Positions 36,236 through 48,029 of a stretch of 64,000 nt of DNA are shown one piece after another. Position 1 is the stretch's first letter; every line of letters begins with the position of its first letter. Below the pieces are notes generated by a model. That model was not told the DNA's origin, did not search any database, and saw only the letters and a list, made by a program, of their open reading frames with translations. The position numbers were made by a program, and so were the translations under genes. The stretch spans positions 401,173,885-401,237,884 of the forward strand of contig NC_058131.1 in assembly GCF_016433145.1 (NCBI RefSeq). Direction: 5' to 3'. The stretch is from Gracilinanus agilis. Its lineage: Eukaryota.

Positions 36236-36871
36236 CTGCACACATTCTTAAAGGTATTTCTACCTCTTCTGAGTTATATGAAGCACCCTGAGATTCTGTT
36301 CCATCATAAATAGATGCCTGGGCTAATGCAATGGTCCTGTTAGGTGAGCTCTAGCCTCAGGGCTATGGGTATGGGAGAGGCTGTCACTGCATTGTGATTG
36401 GTCAAAGTGGCAAACAGATCCCTGTCAATCCTTTTTTCTGGGGCTCCCTCCTAAGTTATGTAGGCAGGGGGACTCCACAGACTTGCCAAGCACATGAAAA
36501 TTCAGGTCCATCTCAACCCAGAGAAGTGTTTGTGAGGTTCTTTGAGAGCAAAGACAGGAATAAAAGGAGATGCTGGTCACTAAGCCAAGATATCACCACC
36601 AAATGGAATAGAAAAAAGTTCTCTTGCTCAAGAATGCAGAACAAAGCTGCCTGGGTACTAACCAAGAAATGAAGGGAGAAACACCCTTGGATACAGGGAG
36701 AGTATAGGACAAGCTGATTCACTGACCATAACTGAAGCCTGGCGCTGCCTGCCAATTCTCTTACTTACTGCTTAGAAACTGAATTATTACTCCCCTTCCC
36801 TTCCCATTCCTGCCCTCCCAGAATTCCATAGGCCTCTAGAGATGCAGGCTCCTGTATCATTCCATGCTTAC

Positions 36872-36964
36872 CCCACTACTGGCTGCAAGCCAAAGGTACT
36901 TCACAGCTTTCCGCTCATCCTGGAACTGTTCCTTGGTAAACAGCACCCCCAGATAAGCTTGAGC
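36872..36964 (-). CDS. DELE1: DELE1 exon 10 (93 bp)
   Basis: [31 protein letters not shown]; ccttag / gtaagc. Confidence 0.95.
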
Positions 36965-37048
36965 CTAAGGGCAGAGCAAGAAAAGGGACTCTCAGTCCCC
37001 ACCATACTCACCCCATGGGATCCCTCCCCCTTTGGCCTGGCATCTCAC

Positions 37049-37204
37049 CTCTTTCAGGCCAGCATCAGCTGCTTGCTTCAGCATGGCCACTGCTCTCTGC
37101 TTATCAGCTTCCCTTGGGGCTTCATCCCTTAGCAGGGACCTGGCATAGCGGTACTGAGCCATTTGGTGGCCCTTCTGGGCAGCAAGCTGGTAATAAAAAA
37201 CTGC
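37049..37204 (-). CDS. DELE1: DELE1 exon 9 (156 bp)
   Basis: [36 protein letters not shown]. Confidence 0.96.
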
Positions 37205-37401
37205 CTGGCACAAACGGACAGGCACCACATCTAGTTTTATCTCTGGAAGGCTCCCCTGTTACTGGGTGAGAGACTCTCCCCGGGCCATTCTTTACTCTCT
37301 GCTGGGCCAGGCCGATCCCCAGAGTGTGAGATTACACTTTTCCATACCGCTTTAATCCCTCTTAATACCCTAGCAGGGATCAATCAGAAGGTTTCACTTA
37401 C

Positions 37402-37544
37402 CTTGCTGAGGTCTTTCTGGGTCCCTTTTCCATGCTCATGACACAGGCCCACATTGTATTGAGCTTTACTATAGCCCTGCTCTGCAGCCTTCTGGAAGTA
37501 AGAGTATGCTGTTTCAAAATCGCCACTTCTCATATTTTCATTCC
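37402..37544 (-). CDS. DELE1: DELE1 exon 8 (143 bp)
   Basis: [40 protein letters not shown]. Confidence 0.96.
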
Positions 37545-38579
37545 CTGTAAGAGACCACAGGTCAGAAAGGATGCTGCAACATTTGCCAAAGAACCCAAGG
37601 ACCCAGAGCACAAATTGCCAATGAAAGGGACCTTCCTTATTCTTGATATTGAAGTATAAGAGAAAACAGAGAAGGAAAAGGCCATTTATTTCATTCCAAA
37701 TAGCAAGCTCTTATTTTTTCTTTCAATTATCGGGGCTTGGCTCAAAATCCAACTTCTCCAATTATCCCCCAATGTAATCTTTTCTTTCTCTGAATTCCTA
37801 GTCTCTTCTGTCTGTACCACTGCTTGTGGCACTTTAGTCATATAATGTCTACCACAGTTTACATACCAGTTTCATGTTATTTATGTTTTCCCTATTCAAT
37901 TATGTGTAATTGGGAATTTTATATTAATTTTAATTTTTATAATTAGATAGTATGCTTCTCGAGGTCAGGGGATCCATCATATATTACCACCTCACAATGC
38001 CAAACAGTAGGTATGCAACACACACCTAAATGACTGTGAACAGGATGAAAAGCTTATCCTCTGTTCAAATCATTCAGACAATGAGGCAAAAGCCAAATTC
38101 AATTTAACCACCAATTTAACTCTAGCCATCATCTTACTTCTAATTTCTTTTGGCAGAACTGATAAAAGTCCACTACTTCTGGGCACAGGGCAGGGAATTG
38201 GGAGAAGGGGACAAGATGGAAGGAGGAGGTAGCCTCTTATCTTAACACTTCTCTAATAATTTAACTGATTCAATGGGATGACTCCCTAATTTCCTACAAG
38301 TTCTGAGATTGTGACTCAAATTTAGGCACTTTAGATGAAAGGGTGGGTACATATCCCCCTCTTGTTCTAGATATGGGCACAGGGCCTCTGAGTACTTTTG
38401 GCGTATGGATGTACATGGTTCCATCCCATGGTTCCTGCTTTTCATGACGGATACCAGGGAATCTGGCTCCCCTATCCAGAGTTTCAACATTTTTGCTATA
38501 CCAGAAAACCACTCAATTACCTTTGTGTCTTTTCCCTTTTTTAATCCCCCTACCTCATCCCAGGACGGCAATCAGTTAC

Positions 38580-38676
38580 CCAGGAAATTGAAGGCGATGG
38601 AAATACTGAGCTGGAATTGCTGCTGCAAGGACAACATGGCTTCTTCTAAGGAAAGAGATTCTGTTTTCTCCTCCTC
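38580..38676 (-). CDS. DELE1: DELE1 exon 7 (97 bp)
   Basis: [27 protein letters not shown]. Confidence 0.95.
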
Positions 38677-38801
38677 CTGAGTAACAAATAGCCAGAATGG
38701 TCAGTTTTGAATAGTTAGGACAGATCCCTCCCCAGGCCCTGGGAATGCCCCAATTTCCTGCTCAGGGGATAAATATAAGCCTCTGAGTGGTGACATCTCA
38801 C

Positions 38802-38875
38802 CAATACCACTCTCTCTCTGGTGGTGTGATGCTGGCCTGTTCCAGGAGCGTCCAAGGAAGCAATGCCAACAGGTT
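38802..38875 (-). CDS. DELE1: DELE1 exon 6 (74 bp, poorly conserved linker)
   Basis: ctcccag/AA..TTG/gtgaga; restores phase 1 to 0 between exons 5 and 7; an in-frame donor 6 nt earlier is possible. Confidence 0.78.
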
Positions 38876-39115
38876 CTGGGAGAAGAAAGACCAGACACAC
38901 ACAGCTATATAGCAAAGGGAACAAATTCCTAGCTCTCTTTCTCTCCTGGTAATCAAAATCTCTGATCCACCCTTTTACCCAGAGTCCAGGAAGCATGCAG
39001 TTACAAAGGGACACCCAGTGCTCTGTCATGTCAAAGGCAGCAAACATTCACCAGTGCAGACTCTCCCCAACACTTCAGACTTCCTCTGACTGACTCCAAG
39101 GGACAAGTTCATTAC

Positions 39116-39277
39116 CTGGTTCACAAGAACCCCTGAGTCTAGTTGTCCTCTTGGAGCTATGGGAAGCAAGGCTCTCAGACTGAGGGTCAGGTCCTTTCTG
39201 CTTTCCTGAGGCTTCCTCAAGGCATGTGGGGCAGGGAGTTGGAGGATTATTTGTAGGAAGAATATTTGTCCTCAACC
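39116..39277 (-). CDS. DELE1: DELE1 exon 5 (162 bp)
   Basis: ttctag/GG; LRTNILPT aligns to human LRQHILPS; G/gtaatg. Confidence 0.88.
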
Positions 39278-39410
39278 CTAGAAAATGCCAGGAAAAAAGT
39301 GGTAAAACACAAAATGTGTATAAAGTCCTGCCTGGGATTGAACTACAGCTTTTTATTGTGTTTCAAGGATGCTTGGGCAGAATTCAGTCCTGTATTCTGA
39401 TGATTCTGTG

Positions 39411-40168
39411 TGTGGTGAAAATTCTATTAGCAGAGATGCCAAAAAGTAAAACAAAGTCTCCAAGCCAAAAAAAAAAAAAAAAAAAAAAGATTTATTGAGA
39501 GAGGGCCTGCCTCACAATAAAGTTGGACTCTGGCCAAGACCAAAGACCCCGAGCCTTAGGAGATGGCCTCTTTTATGTCCAGAAAGTTGATTAAAGACAG
39601 AACACACAGTTAAAATGAAAATAGAATGAACATAAATATTCCACATGGGTGGGTCTTAATTAATGACATCACTATTGGTGGTAACTAATATCTATTATTA
39701 GGCCTTACCTTTGCAAGGTCTCTGCAATAAGGGGACAGGGTCTGATATTTGCTGACAATTCTTATCCCTGTCAGGAGTCAGTCATCTCCTGTACTCTGAC
39801 CTAAAGGCGGCACCTGTCGATGACTGACCTAAGCCACCACACCTAATAGATGGGTATCCTATACTTCTTACTGAATGCCTTATGTCAGGCACCTAAAAGC
39901 AGTCCTCCACCTTCTGACTGACTGTCCTAGCAGCAGGGTGTGGTGGGCTTGGTAGGAACATTTGGGTTACACAGGCTTAAGGTCAAAGTGCCTGTCAGCA
40001 AGATTTAATACCATCCTAAACAATATTTTTCTTAGCTAATGTTTATAATTTATAAAGCTAACTATATTATTTGACTGTTAACTCAAAACTAATGATTCTG
40101 TTATAAAAATAATCATAAAGGCTAATACTATTATAATTATAAAGGGGATAGAGGGTTTCACATTCACA
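39411..40168 (-). mobile_element. Solo LTR (ERV1-like), 758 bp, same orientation as DELE1, in intron 4
   Basis: TG...CA ends; 4-bp TSD TGTG (39407-39410 / 40169-40172); on the - strand CATAAAAG (39577-39570), AATAAA (39496-39491), then T22. Confidence 0.75.
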
Positions 40169-40439
40169 TGTGATACCTAGGCTCTCCCGGTACTTCCTAT
40201 TTCTGGCTTAGGAAGAGATGGTGAAGAGGCCAGAGATAGGAAGTACTAGGAAAGCATTATAAATGTGCCATTAAAAAAAGGCAAAAAATTAGGAAGCCCT
40301 GGGTGTTGGTGGGAAGCTATTTTCCAAAGGAGGCCAGGTATATTATAACATTAACATTGTAAAAACAATTTAAAAAGACATAAGAACCATAATTAGTACA
40401 ATTTTCTCCTGAGATTCCAGAAGACCAGTGATTTAGAAT

Positions 40440-40635
40440 GACAAAGAGGTTACAGGCTAAAAAGCAAAGTGAGATACAATTCTGGATGTGGCCAATGTGG
40501 GAATCTGTTTTGCTTGACTATGTCTATGTTATGAGAGGGCTGTTTGTTTTTTTGGTGAGGAAAGGTGGGAGATAGGGGAAAAATGCTTGATGATAGAAAA
40601 AAAATAAAATTTAATATAAAGAAATCTTTTAAAAT
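40440..40635 (+). mobile_element. Old L1 3'UTR fragment
   Basis: GGCCAATGTGGGAATCTGTTTTGCTTGACTATG..A-rich tail. Confidence 0.7.
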
Positions 40636-40899
40636 CACAATGACAAAACAAAGGAGGCCTTCAGGATCTCTACCCAGTTCCCTATCTTTCCTGAGTGGGA
40701 TAGAAGAGCTTTCAAGGGTGGAAGTGTCCTACGCCCTGGGTGGATATAACTTTACCACATTCACTTTCCTCTGACCTCATTTCTGACCCCCTAATGAGGA
40801 AGAGCTGATGGCTCTTTTCCTGGGGTGTGTCCCATAGCTATATCCTTGCCAAGAGGAACTCCAGAACCATTTCTCCTGCATGTCCAAGAGATAACTTAC

Positions 40900-41044
40900 A
40901 TAAGTCTTGGCACCGCAAAGGGGAGGCACGGATCTGGTCCAGGTAGCTTTGCCAAGAGCATTGTTCTTGTCTCTGGAAACCAGGTAAGGATGCTTGAAAT
41001 TGAATTTGCCTGGCCAACTGCAGGGCCAGAACAGTCAGGGTTCC
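40900..41044 (-). CDS. DELE1: DELE1 exon 4 (145 bp; conserved hydrophobic segment)
   Basis: [21 protein letters not shown]; T/gtaagt. Confidence 0.95.
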
Positions 41045-41689
41045 CTTAAGAAGGAAAAAAATAATTATTAGAAACTGAACTGGATATGAGCAAGAAGAGG
41101 AATGAATTGACCCCTCTGTAATTTCGGTTACTATGACAGATCATGATTTCCTTTTAGGACAACCCTCACTTCACTCAACTTGGGAGGATGACTTCTTCAC
41201 AAATATCTTTACATGGCACATGTGACTCAATAACCAGAGACAATATTTTGAAAATGTAGGGAAATGACAAGGCTACCCATGTCTCTTAAAGGTCAAAACA
41301 TTCTCCTTGCTGACTTACACATAAGAGTCCTATCTTTGATTACTTAGATTAGTGAACAGTGTGGAGCTTATATTAGGGTTTCACAATGCCAATTAATACT
41401 GGTTTGCTGTGTAACCCTGAGCATAGTACTAACCTTGCTTAACTAGTTTAAAAAAAAAAAAAAGATAATCTTTTCAATCCAAATTATTCCTCAAAGGGAG
41501 ACTGTGTGAATTAGATGGTACCCATGAGCTCCTGGGGCTCCCACTTTCTAGAGAGGAATGGACTCCAGGATGGAGGAGATGCTGTTGCAAATAAATCTAG
41601 TCCATGGGGATGTTTTAGGAAATGGAACTGATGTAGGTGGGATGGGGTTTGGATTTCGAAAATAATGGCAACATCTCTAGTATCTAGGA

Positions 41690-42120
41690 AAGAGCTTCTT
41701 AATCTTGTCTTGTGTCATTGAACTCTTGGCAATTTGGTGAAGTCTATGGAGTCCTTCTCAGAATAATATTTATTCCGAACATTCATAATTTTTTTAAACC
41801 TTTATATTTTGTCTTAGAATGGATTCCTAAGTAATGGTTCCAAGGCTGAAGAGCAGTAAGGTCGCAACTGAGGTTAAATAACTTGCCCAGGGTCACACAG
41901 CTAGGAATGGTCTGAAGCCACATTTGAACCCATGTCCTCCTGACTCCAAGCCTGGCACTACATCCATGGAGTCACCTAGTTGCTCGTGCCTATGTCCATA
42001 ACTGAAGGAAATGCTAAAATTCAGCTAGAGGTGAGTGGAAATAAACATTTATTTTTATTTCCCCACACAAGTTTATGAAACCTTGAAATTTATTGTTAGA
42101 CTCCAAGTTAAGAATCCCTG
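41690..42120. mobile_element. Old hAT-Charlie non-autonomous element split by a SINE
   Basis: Degenerate TIRs AAGAGCTTCTTAATC / GTTAAGAATCCCTG; flanks ATCTAGGA / ACATAGGA (6 of 8). Confidence 0.6.
41789..41986 (-). mobile_element. SINE1_Mdo
   Basis: Consensus match. Confidence 0.85.
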
Positions 42121-42456
42121 ACATAGGATAATGCATATCCCAGAGCAGGGATAAAGATTTGAATTGCATAACCTCTTGTGTAACACTAAGACTTTGGTTG
42201 GGGAAGGTAGATTGTGAGGTGGATAGATAGGGAAAGAATATGTCTTGGCTTAAGATTAGGCCCAAACATCATGGGACATGCTTTTACTCTCTGTTACTGC
42301 CTTTGGAACCAGATATTTGTCTGTCCTCTTGCTGAAGGATGTCTTTTCTGCAGATATGCCTAATTCATTCCTCATTGCTGACAAATAGACCCTAGTGGAC
42401 AGTGACTCTAGTCAAACAACCTTTTTGTTTCATTAGGCATCAATAAATGTTTATTA

Positions 42457-42643
42457 TTTTTTAAGACCCTTACCTTCTGTCTCAGAATCAATACCAAAGC
42501 AGGGGAGTGGTGAGAGCTAGGCAATTGGAGCTAAATGAGTTGCCTAGGGTCACACAGCTAGAAAGTATCTGAGGCCAGATCTGAACCTAGGATTTTCCAT
42601 CTCCAGGTCTGGTTCTCTAGTCATTAAGCCACCTAGTTGCCCT
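42457..42643 (-). mobile_element. SINE1_Mdo
   Basis: Consensus match, flanked by AATAAATGTTTATTA duplication. Confidence 0.87.
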
Positions 42644-43495
42644 TAATAAATGTTTATTAAGGACCTACCAGTCCTGGAGTTTGTAGTAGGCACTGTCAGA
42701 TTACAAGGGAGACCAGAGTCATTGCCTTTAACATTTTCTTGATCTGGCAGTGGAAATTTTGTCAGGCAAAAAAGTATACTTTTTCTCATAGTACTTGTTT
42801 CTACTACTCAGCATATACTACCCTGTATTACTAGTTATCATTTTTTATGTTTCCCAAACTAAACTCTAGGTTCTTTGGAGACAGGCTTTTTTAGACTTCT
42901 TAGTTCAAGTCTAGCACCTAAGCCAATCAATCTGCAAGTATTAAGTGCCAATTTAGTGTCAGGCACTTCACAGTAACAAATAGGAGTGTTAGGGATACTT
43001 GTTAGTTGTTGGGTAACAACTGCTAAGGAAAAGGAGGATTTGATGCACATGAAATCTCTAGAGAGCAATATTTAGTGGTTTTTTTTTTTTTTTTTAAGGT
43101 AAACAGGGTTGACAAAAGCTCACTGAGATCACTGGCAGGTCTATGAAAAAAAATGAAGGAAAAAGAAAAGAGGAAGATGAAAAAGTAAAAAGAATTAAAA
43201 CAAAGGAAGAATAAAAGTAAATTGATTTATAAGGTGAAATTGAGGAGTCACTTTAACAACTTTCTCAGAGTGCTGATCAACACCCCCAAGGGTTATCTAC
43301 ACTTAATCTAATAATAACTACTTATATTATAAAGTACTTTATTTTGAAAAATACTTTATATACATTTTCTCATTTGATCCAAATGATAAATTACTTGTTT
43401 AATTATATTGATAATGACCTCATAACTTCATCTCTTGGCTATATTTTAAAACTTCAAACCTAGATATACTATGGACAGATATAGGGAAGGCATAC

Positions 43496-43613
43496 CCATG
43501 AGATAGCATCCCACATTCTGTGACAGGACATGCGACTTGAGATCCACTTGAAGGCATTTTTCCAACCCTGGTACTTTGGGCCATTGCCCACACCCAGGGT
43601 ATGGGACTCATAC
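43496..43613 (-). CDS. DELE1: DELE1 exon 3 (118 bp)
   Basis: QGWKNAFKWISSRMSCHRMWDAISW aligns to human HGWKDAFQWMSSRV..LWDAISW. Confidence 0.94.
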
Positions 43614-43749
43614 CTAAACATAAATCAAAAGAAACCAGTCTGTTAAATGTGGTCTTAGGGATCTAGTGAAAGGGTTGGGGAAGATGGGTAGTAGGGAAAG
43701 ATGGGAGGCAGTATGTGGTAACTTCCTTGGGGGCAGCTCTTATATTTAC

Positions 43750-43864
43750 CTTTTATAGTTGGGCACATGGATGGTCTGTGGTGACCAAGTGACTCGAGAT
43801 TCATCCTGGCTAGGAGCCCCAGGAATCACACCACGAAGACTGTGCCTAGGCAGGTGCTGTAGAG
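43750..43864 (-). CDS. DELE1: DELE1 exon 2 (115 bp)
   Basis: ctcttag/CT..AG/gtaaat; open frame ending HVPNYKR (human PVPNLDR); phases fit. Confidence 0.88.
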
Positions 43865-44653
43865 CTAAGAGGGAGATATGGACAGTCAGGGATATCCTAA
43901 AGACATCTGGGAAAAGTGATCCATATCCCTAGGACCCAATGATCTCCCCTTGAAACACTGGCTTTTGTTCCTAGACCTTGTCTCCCTCAGTCTTGTCTTC
44001 CTTGACACAAAGATCCTGCCCTTGACTCCGGACTCTTCTTCTATTGCTTTTTCTATTTGATAAGGGGGAAAGGAATAAGCACTAATTTGGTTATTATTTC
44101 ATCTAACTATATAAAGTATTCTTTCTATGCCGTAGTTTGATTGCTTAAGACCACTAAATTGTAAAATCAAAATTTAATTCTTGAGAGCTTCCCATTCATT
44201 ATGGAAATAGAATGCAAGGCACTATGTTAGGGGTTTTGCAACTATCATCTCATTCAATCGCCTGATTAACTATGCTTAATAATAATAAACACATTAGTGT
44301 ATTTAAAGTTTACAAAATCCATTTTACACAATGGCCTTTTGAGGCAGACAGTGTAAGTATTATGCCCATTTTATATAAGAGGAAACCGAGCCAGAAAAAA
44401 GGTCAAGTGATTTGCCCAAGGTCATAAAGTTAAAATACAATTCGGTTTAACTCCACACACGTGGCTCTCACTTCAGTTCTCCTCAAGGCCCGGCCCCACT
44501 CCCGGATTGGTCCCGCCCCTAACGCTGGACCCGTCCGTTCCATTAAAGGGGGGGGGGTGTCCCTCCGGCCTTTCGCCACGTTTTCCACTCTAATTCCGAC
44601 TACTGTTGTTAGGGCTCTGCAACAGGACGGAGATGAAATCGGAAACCCCTCAC

Positions 44654-44684
44654 CTCGGCCCAGCATCCCTGGGAGTCGCCACAT
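44654..44684 (-). CDS. DELE1: DELE1 exon 1 coding part (MWRLPGMLGR, start of mitochondrial presequence)
   Basis: ACAACATGT start; G/gtgagg donor; matches human MWRLPGLLGR. Confidence 0.95.
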
Positions 44685-45160
44685 GTTGTCACGGTCACAA
44701 AAAGCAGCACGTAGAGAACTTCGTTTACAGGCAGAAAAAGATGCATAATCGCGGCGCCGGCGAGGGAGGGAGGGAGGACAGGCGGAAGTAGCTCCACTGG
44801 CTAATCAGAAAGCGGAACCCAACCGGAAGGAAAAACTCCATAGAGAGGAAGGGAAGGGGTGGAAGGGTGTCTGTTTTGGAGGTGACTTAAGGCAAGCACG
44901 AGAAGGCCTTAGCCTTAGTTTCGTTCTCTAGGTATCATTCTTTTTCCATCTCCGGGACTCTCGAAGTGAGGAATAGTGTCGGAAGAGACTGGAGAAAGTA
45001 TTAACGACATCTTTGAGAGGCCGTGGAACGAATAAGACTAGCCTAGATCTGATGGGCCATAGCGGCCCGCCTACCGGCTAGCCGGACTGAGGGGCGTGGC
45101 GGGGGCGTGGTCACGGCACCTGCAGTTTGACGTAATGGAGGAAGCAGGCGCCAAAAGAAG
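44685..45160 (-). promoter_or_regulatory. DELE1 5'UTR and CpG-rich promoter
   Basis: ETS GCGGAAGT (about 44782-44789) and CCGGAAG (about 44823-44829); two GGGGCGTGG boxes (about 45090-45110); TGACGTAA 45128-45135; E2F-like GGCGCCAAAA 45147-45156. Confidence 0.75.
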
Positions 45161-46859
45161 TGACTTGAGCAATATCAAGAGTCTCTAGCTATCACTCTAT
45201 GGTTTGGGGAGGGAGAAGAATTATTAGAGATACTTTCCTGCCATACTTTCTTTGCCTCCTGAATTCCTACCTATCTTTTTAAGCCAGATTCGAATGCCAT
45301 CTCCTAGAGGAAACTTTCCTTGTTTTGTGAGGTCAATAGAAAGGAGCCTCCCTTCAACCCTGTCCCCCCAAAAGCTGTAACTGATCTCTCCATATGTTTT
45401 CATAGCACACTGCGCGTTTCATATGCATTTAACAGTATCCCACCTTTTATGTAATTATCTGTGTTTCTGGAATTGCCTTTCTGCTCCTCTAGGAAGCTTT
45501 TCCTGGTTTCTTTTTCAGTAAGGATCTTCTCCCCAGCACCTCATAAAGCACTATTTTACATTTCTTTGTTGTACTTATTCCATAAATACAAGGTCATAAG
45601 CATACATTATAATGTCTTCCCCTACTAAGCTCCAGGAGGAGCAACTACTATTTTTAATCTAATTTTGTATTTCTCTTCTGAATATAATTATGTTAAATAC
45701 TTGACAAATTGCGTTGTGTATCTAACCTGGTGAACTTTTCTATTTTGGTACTTGAGTTCTCTGTCCATTTTATTTACCCTACTAATCTCTTCTCCCTTCC
45801 CTCCTCCTGGATACTTTTTCTCTCTGGACGTCAGTGACACTACCCTTTGCTGTTTTTGTTGTTTTGTTATGTTTTGTTTTGTTGTTTCATAGACCTCTAA
45901 CCTACTAATCTTGATCTTCATTGCTTTACCCCAGCCCTCTTCTCCCTTTGAACTTTCCCTTGTGCATCTCATCAGCTCCCTCTGTTCATTTACTGCTTTT
46001 CAAGTGACTGCCAGATCTCTATATCTACTCCTAATGCAGTACTTGAACTCCCAGTTCTGAATCTTCTTCCTTTTGCTGGTTCTCTTCACCTGGGTGACCC
46101 CCAGGAACTTCAAACTATATATAGTAGAGGAACAAACAATGGGAAGTTAGTTCTATTCTGGATTCAACCTTAACCAATAAGAAGAAACACTGCTTGGTTG
46201 AAAAGTATGTTGAATATGGAAATAATTCTTGTTATAGAATAAGTACCACAAAGAGAGCGCAAATTCTTGTATCATGAATTTTGTGATAGGGAAGAACAGA
46301 AATAGTCTGATCTGTATTCTAGTTTTTTTTAATATAGATTTCAAAATTTCAACAAAATTCAGTCAACAAACATTTAGTACTCAGTAAACAAAAGCCCCCC
46401 CCCAAAATCCTGCCTTTAAGGAGTGCACATTGTAATGAAAGAGATAGGTAAATAACTAGTTAAGCGAAGATATATAAAGAATAAGTGAAAGTGGAGGCAT
46501 GTTAGGGTACCAGAAAGTAAATTCTGATGAAGTAATTCAGGCATAAGAGAAGTGGCTTGAGATTGTAAGATTAAAATTAATATCCTATTATTAATAATCA
46601 CTTAAAGTAGAAAAAATACAAGAACAAAAGTAAAAACCTGAGTAAAGACATGATTTCCTAGCTTCGATCAGGGGAAAAGAGAAAGAGGGGCGGGGTCACA
46701 CAAAAACTTTATCTCCAAAACCTAAGGACATAATGTGAGAATGAAAGTGGGTTGCTGGGAGAGAGAGTACTGGGGAACAAATCCTAATTCCCTTGTGATT
46801 CAATTGGAAAACGAGCATGTGAAAAGCAGTTTGGTAAAAGAAGGGTTAATACCATTATT

Positions 46860-47340
46860 TGATTGTATATAACAAGAATTCCAGGGATGATCAACTTAAA
46901 TATAAAAGGTCACCTAAAAATGTTGGAGGAAAATGAATGAAGATAATATTTCACAAGTATACCTAGAGAGAAAACTTTTTAATAAGGATTAGAGGCGTTA
47001 AAGGAAAAAAATGCATAATCTTGATGACATTAAGTTGAATAGCTTTTGTGAGCAAGATCAGTGCAACCAGAAACAACTGATTGGGAAAAAATCATCTTTG
47101 TATCAAATATTTCTGATAAGGGTTTGATATTCTAGGTGTATGAGGAATGTATTAAATACATAGACAGGAACAAGAGGCATTCTTCAATGATCAAAGATAA
47201 CAAACAGTTCTCAAAAGAACTGCAAATTATTAGGGTAGGTAAGATAAGATGGTGAAGTTTTAGACAACCTTGCAGTGAATTCTCTTCCACAATGGCCTCC
47301 AAAAAATGCACAAAACTGAATCCTGTTGGGAAGATTCAGA
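46860..47340 (+). mobile_element. Degenerate L1 ORF2 fragment
   Basis: AACTTAAATATAAAAGG..ATATTTCTGATAAGGGTTTGATAT. Confidence 0.6.
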
Positions 47341-47473
47341 AGAATGAGTCATTTGAGCAGGCCACCTTGGCATAAGGAGACAGGGCTACACTGAGGAATG
47401 GAGTTGCACTAGAAACCCATCCTTCCAAATGTAAAAATTATATGACTCAAGATATGTTGTTTTACTTTGGTTT

Positions 47474-47663
47474 AAAAAAAATCACCTATCTTAGAATCAA
47501 TACTAAGTATTGGTTCCAAAGCAAAAGAGCAGTAAAAGCTAGATAGTTGGGGTTAAGCAACTTGCCCAGGGTCACACAGCTAGGAAGTGTATGAGGTCAA
47601 ATTTTAACCCAGGACCTCCTGTCTTTAAGCCTGGCTTTCTATCCACTGAGCAACCCAGCTGTC
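47474..47663 (-). mobile_element. SINE1_Mdo
   Basis: Consensus match. Confidence 0.87.
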
Positions 47664-47719
47664 CTAGTTAACTTAGATTTTAAGAAAGTATTTAATAAAA
47701 TCTCATACTATTCTTATGG

Positions 47720-48025
47720 AAAATATGTAGAAATGCTGGATAACTGGATTCAGAATAGGTTAAATAGTTCAACTCAGACAGTAGTCAGAATGATTTGATG
47801 TCAGTGTGAGAAAGCTTCCAGTGAAGTTGCTAAAGAGATCTACACTTGAATCTGTGCTGTTGAATATTTTTATCAGTTATTTAGATAAAGACATAGATAG
47901 CATACTCTCCAAACTTGGAGATGATGCAAAGCTAGATCGAGATATTGTATGACATTCAAGATTCAAAAAAGATCTTGACAAGCTAGATTGTTGAGCAAAT
48001 CAAATAAGATTAGATCTAACAGGGA
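47720..48025 (+). mobile_element. L3/CR1 RT fragment, 5' half
   Basis: TGGATTCAGAA..GTGCTGTTGAATATTTTTATCAGT..GATGATGCAAAGCT..CTAACAGGGA. Confidence 0.75.
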
Positions 48026-48029
48026 TTGG

